Positions 44,416 to 47,565 of a DNA stretch of 47,565 nucleotides are shown in pieces (position 1 is the stretch's first letter; the number at the start of each line of letters is the position of its first letter). The translations under genes were made by a program, and so were the position numbers. Source of the stretch: a virus (taxonomy: Duplodnaviria; Caudoviricetes); IMG/VR virus record IMGVR_UViG_3300043220_000046, positions 1 to 47,565 of that record, one strand, 5' to 3'. A model generated the notes under the pieces. It was not told the origin of the DNA. It ran no database searches and saw nothing but the letters and a program-made list of their open reading frames with translations.

Positions 44416-45395
44416 GACTCGAGCTCCTTGGCAAAGCCTTGGACCATCTTCCGGCAGTTGAACAGTTGCTGGGACATCGCCGACATAATCGCCTTCCCTG
44501 AAGCTGAGTCGATCTCTGGGATCTTCACGGCCTGCAGGTTGCTGACGTAGAAGCTCAGCTTCTCGACGTCAGGCATCGCGGCCTTCCGCCGTTGCTCGAG
44601 TTCGGCGCGCTCGGTCTTCACGCGCGCTTCCTCGAGGCGCTTCTCCTCGACTTCGCGCTCGGCCTTCTCGCGGGCCTGGCGTTCATGCTCGAGCTTCTCG
44701 AGCTTGAGTTGGCGTTGCCTGATTTCATGTTCCTCGAGGCGCTGCTTCTCGGCGCGATCGCGGTCCTCTTTGAGGCGTGCATCTCGCCGGCGCTTGTCGT
44801 CGGCGTCCTGCTTCAGGCTTCGCTGGAGATCCTCGTGTTCGCGCTTCTCCTTGGCGATCAACTCCTCTTGGCGGATCTTCTCCTGGCGATCGTGCTCCTC
44901 GGCCTTCTGCGCCTTGCGCTCCTCCTCGAGCTTGGCGCGCTCCTCCTCGAGCTTCTTCCGCTCCTCAGCCAGGCGAGCCTGCTCGGCCTCGCGAATCTTC
45001 TTCTCCTCGGCTTCCTTCTCGGCGCGCTCCTTCTCGAGCTTCTTGCGTTCCACCTCGAGGCGCTTCTCCTCGATCTCCCGCTTGACCCTGGCCTTCTCGG
45101 AATCGATGGCTTCCTTGGCGCACTTGAGCGGTGTCTCGATCTCGAGCAGGGCGCCCGTGATGCGCCTCGCTTCGCCATCCACTCGCTTCCCGTAGGCCAG
45201 TGCGTCGGCCTTGAGCTCCTTGCGCCTGGTCTCGACCCCACTGCGGAGCTCGCGAGTGCAGCGGATGCCGGCGACGGCTTCCTTGTAGCCGGCGGGTGTG
45301 CTGGCGTCGGTGTCCTTGAACTTCTCAGCGATCTCGGCGATCGCGGCGTCGGTCACGTTGTATTGGATGACCAGGCCATCGACTTCTTCGCTCAC
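44412..45395 (-). CDS. Long charged coiled-coil phage protein
   Basis: RKELKADALAYGKRVDGEA motif followed by E/K/R-rich coil. Confidence 0.8.
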   Translation of the reverse strand: MSEEVDGLVIQYNVTDAAIAEIAEKFKDTDASTPAGYKEAVAGIRCTRELRSGVETRRKELKADALAYGKRVDGEARRITGALLEIETPLKCAKEAIDSEKARVKREIEEKRLEVERKKLEKERAEKEAEEKKIREAEQARLAEERKKLEEERAKLEEERKAQKAEEHDRQEKIRQEELIAKEKREHEDLQRSLKQDADDKRRRDARLKEDRDRAEKQRLEEHEIRQRQLKLEKLEHERQAREKAEREVEEKRLEEARVKTERAELEQRRKAAMPDVEKLSFYVSNLQAVKIPEIDSASGKAIMSAMSQQLFNCRKMVQGFAKELES

Positions 45396-47290
45396 AGTGC
45401 GTTCCTCAACTCGCCGATGGTGATTCGCCGTAGGGCCTGCTCGGCGTCAGCTTCTTTGGCCCTCAGCTTCTTGTGTAGGTAGACCTCGAACGTCTTGGAG
45501 ACGATCGGGACCTGGACATTGACGGTGCCGGTCTGCCCGATGCGGTGGCAACGGTCAGCGGCTTGTGCGTTGATGGCGGGGCTCCAGTCGCGGCCGTAGA
45601 AGATCACGTCCTGCGATGCAGTGAGGTTGAAGCCCTCGGCGATCTTCACTTGGCAGAACAGGACGGGGATCCCGCCCTTCTGAAAGGTGTCGATGATGTC
45701 GTCGCGCTGCGGCATGGAGAGGCCGCCGTGCAGCATGGCGGCGCCTTCCCACTGCTTGACCAGCCAGAACATCGGCGTGTTGAAGCGCGAGAAGATGACC
45801 GGGCGGCCGCCCTGCAGGATGATCGAGTTGATCGTCTCGGTGAGCCACTCGATCTTCGACGACTTGGGGAACACCAGGTGCCCAGTGCGACCAGGGATCT
45901 TGAAGGCCGTCTTCGAGATGAGCGGCGTGACCTTCTCGAGGTAGTTCTCGGGGATGCCGCCCAGGAAGCCCTGCGCGATCTGCTCGAGGCGCAGGGTTGC
46001 CTCGAGGGCGCTCTTCGCTTGAGGGTGGAAGATCGGCGTATCGTCACCGAGCTCAGCGAGCTCAATGAGTGCGCAGTCGCGCATCGCCTTGTAGATCTTG
46101 GCCGTCGAGGGGTCGAGGTCGAACTCGGGGTAGGTGAAGACCTTCGGCGGCAGGTCGAGCACATCCTCCTTCTTGCGCCGCACCTGCATGGTGTTGATCA
46201 CGGCGTTCATCTGCTCGATGTTGCGCGTCCTGCGCACCACGTTGATCGTCTTCGTGATTGGCACACCACCCCGCGTCTTCTTGCCGGTGTCGACCTTCAT
46301 GCTGCTGCGCACCAGGTGGAACTTGTCGAACTGATGGAAGGACGACCAGGTGCCCGGGCGTGCGACCTCGACCTGAGCCCATAGGTCCTCGGTGGTGTTG
46401 CGGATCGGTGTGCCCGACAGCATGAGCCGTCCCCGCGCTCCCCCGTCGGGAAGGGCCAGGTTTCGCAAGACGAACTGCGTGCGCTCGGCCTTGCGGTTCT
46501 TGATGTAGTGCGACTCGTCGCAGATCAGGAACTGGTCGTCCACCCATCGCTTGAGGATGTCGCGCTCGATGTCTGGGAGGCGGTGGAGCAGGTCGTAGTT
46601 GATGATGACTGCGCCGCGGGTCTGCTCGAGCAGGGCATCGCCGATGTTGTTCTCGTTCCAGCGCCTCGAGGATTCGATCTCGATGCAGGTGTTGGCGCGC
46701 TGCTTGGGCGTGCCCTCGATCAGGTAGACGTTGACGTGCTTGAGCGTTGCCCAGAGCTCGCGCTGCCAGTTCTTCTTCACCGTCTTCGGGCAGACGATCA
46801 GGGCGCGTGGCATGCCGGACTGCTGCCAGGCCCAGATCGAGCTCGAGGTTTTGCCGAGGCCCATGTCGTCGGTGAGCAGGGCGCGGTAATGCATGTAGCC
46901 CAGGGCGCGAATCGCCATGACTTGGTGCGGCATCGGCTGCCGGTTCCACTCGTCGGCCCAGAGCAGGGGCGCGTGATGCGACGGCGGCGGATCGAGCTCG
47001 GTGGCGATGCCGTCCAGGCCGCTCAGGACTGTCATGAGCGCGCCGTGTGTCCCCGCCGGCCATTCGATAGCGATCGTCTTCTGCTCGAGCAGGGGGACGA
47101 CGGTGGAGGGCCAGAGCCGTGCTTGGTAGAGGCTGCCCTGCTCGCCTGTGGGCGTGGTGATCGGCAGTGGCTTGCGATGCCAGCCTGCCCAGGTCGAGAT
47201 CAGCTTGTGGACGTCGTCGCGTCCCTTGGGCGATCCGCCGAGGAGTTGAACGGTGGTGGATCCCTGGATGCGAACGTGCGCCATCATCAT
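45392..47290 (-). CDS. SNF2-family (SF2) helicase
   Basis: DDMGLGKT, LIVCP, INYD, DESH, LSGTP, EGFNLT and QAADRCHRIGQ motifs. Confidence 0.93.
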   Translation of the reverse strand: MMMAHVRIQGSTTVQLLGGSPKGRDDVHKLISTWAGWHRKPLPITTPTGEQGSLYQARLWPSTVVPLLEQKTIAIEWPAGTHGALMTVLSGLDGIATELDPPPSHHAPLLWADEWNRQPMPHQVMAIRALGYMHYRALLTDDMGLGKTSSSIWAWQQSGMPRALIVCPKTVKKNWQRELWATLKHVNVYLIEGTPKQRANTCIEIESSRRWNENNIGDALLEQTRGAVIINYDLLHRLPDIERDILKRWVDDQFLICDESHYIKNRKAERTQFVLRNLALPDGGARGRLMLSGTPIRNTTEDLWAQVEVARPGTWSSFHQFDKFHLVRSSMKVDTGKKTRGGVPITKTINVVRRTRNIEQMNAVINTMQVRRKKEDVLDLPPKVFTYPEFDLDPSTAKIYKAMRDCALIELAELGDDTPIFHPQAKSALEATLRLEQIAQGFLGGIPENYLEKVTPLISKTAFKIPGRTGHLVFPKSSKIEWLTETINSIILQGGRPVIFSRFNTPMFWLVKQWEGAAMLHGGLSMPQRDDIIDTFQKGGIPVLFCQVKIAEGFNLTASQDVIFYGRDWSPAINAQAADRCHRIGQTGTVNVQVPIVSKTFEVYLHKKLRAKEADAEQALRRITIGELRNAL

Positions 47291-47345
47291 GAGCTACTGA
47301 CCTGCCCCTCACTTGAACCATCATTGGCGTCGGGAGGGCTGGACG

Positions 47346-47373
47346 ACCCTAGCGAGAGCTTGGGTAGATTCAA
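47346..47373 (-). promoter_or_regulatory. Putative promoter of the replication operon
   Basis: TTGAAT-16 nt-TAGGGT right after a terminator; CAAGCTCTCG in spacer. Confidence 0.55.
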
Positions 47374-47379
47374 GCTACG

Positions 47380-47418
47380 AAAAAGGACCCTCCCGCCATG
47401 GCAGCGGCGGGAGGGTCC
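47380..47418 (-). terminator. Intrinsic terminator ending the lipoprotein operon
   Basis: Perfect 13-bp stem GGACCCTCCCGCC/GGCGGGAGGGTCC followed by TTTTT on - strand. Confidence 0.85.
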
Positions 47419-47438
47419 AGGGGGGCGAGAACCAGGGA

Positions 47439-47565
47439 GGGGGAGGGGTGTCGGCTAGAAGGGATTGCCGACGAGCTTCGAGATGGTGGCACTGAGCAGG
47501 CTGCTTATCCAGTTGCTGACCTCGGCATTGATGTCGGCGGCCATCGCAGCACTGAGGTTGAGCGC
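47439..47565 (+). repeat. Terminal direct repeat, right copy (assembly overlap)
   Basis: Identical to 1-127. Confidence 0.95.

Larger units (their letters stand above)
1..47438. mobile_element. Complete circularly assembled tailed dsDNA phage genome (podovirus-like structural module)
   Basis: Terminase, portal, scaffold, major capsid, adaptor/nozzle and replication genes; ends overlap by 127 bp; no host housekeeping genes. Confidence 0.95.

Noticed and set aside
1-47438. Genome-wide stop codon reassignment
   Set aside because: Long genes are intact in code 11, many genes end in TGA with ATGA/GTGA coupling, and capsid and scaffold genes end in TAG
1-47438. Prophage or temperate lifestyle
   Set aside because: No integrase, att site, partition genes or cI-type repressor recognised
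47409-47448. G-quadruplex-like G-runs
   Set aside because: Partly explained by the terminator arm; lies on the non-mRNA strand; no independent support
651-47458. Long antisense and alternate-frame ORFs in the track (e.g. 651-1409 +, 8955-10232 -, 24984-26258 -, 46062-47324 -)
   Set aside because: Shadow ORFs expected from high GC3; they overlap well-supported genes and show no motifs
47439-47565. 127-bp terminal repeat as a biological terminal repeat
   Set aside because: Length equals a common assembler k-mer and it cuts through a gene; indicates circular assembly only

Overview
The window is an apparently complete, circularly assembled genome (47,438 bp unique; bases 1-127 are repeated at 47439-47565) of a high-GC tailed dsDNA bacteriophage with podovirus-type structural genes. 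The + strand (3.6-36.5 kb) carries packaging and virion genes: terminase small and large subunits, portal, scaffold, SU10/DUF5309-type major capsid, adaptor, nozzle, ejection proteins and a ~2050-aa polyvalent protein. Six glycan-modifying genes are interleaved with these (GT9-like, sulfotransferase-FkbM fusion, GT2, degenerate GT2, CgeB-type, Maf-type), and an Acb2/Tad1-like anti-defence candidate lies just upstream. The - strand carries replication genes (SNF2 helicase, SSB-like protein, primase-MCM helicase fusion, RecU-like resolvase) and an early cassette (RadC, a truncated ComM, a lipoprotein operon). I recognised no integrase, DNA polymerase, endolysin, tRNA or CRISPR array. The most unusual signal is absent from the supplied ORF track. 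Two small Cys-rich, translationally coupled ORFs (20141-20335 + and 42067-41756 -) each contain one in-frame UGA, one of them in a C-G-G-UGA (CxxU) motif. Each UGA is followed 19-21 nt later by a hairpin with the loop CGUG(U/C), as expected for SECIS-directed selenocysteine recoding. All family assignments come from motif recognition by eye, not database searches.
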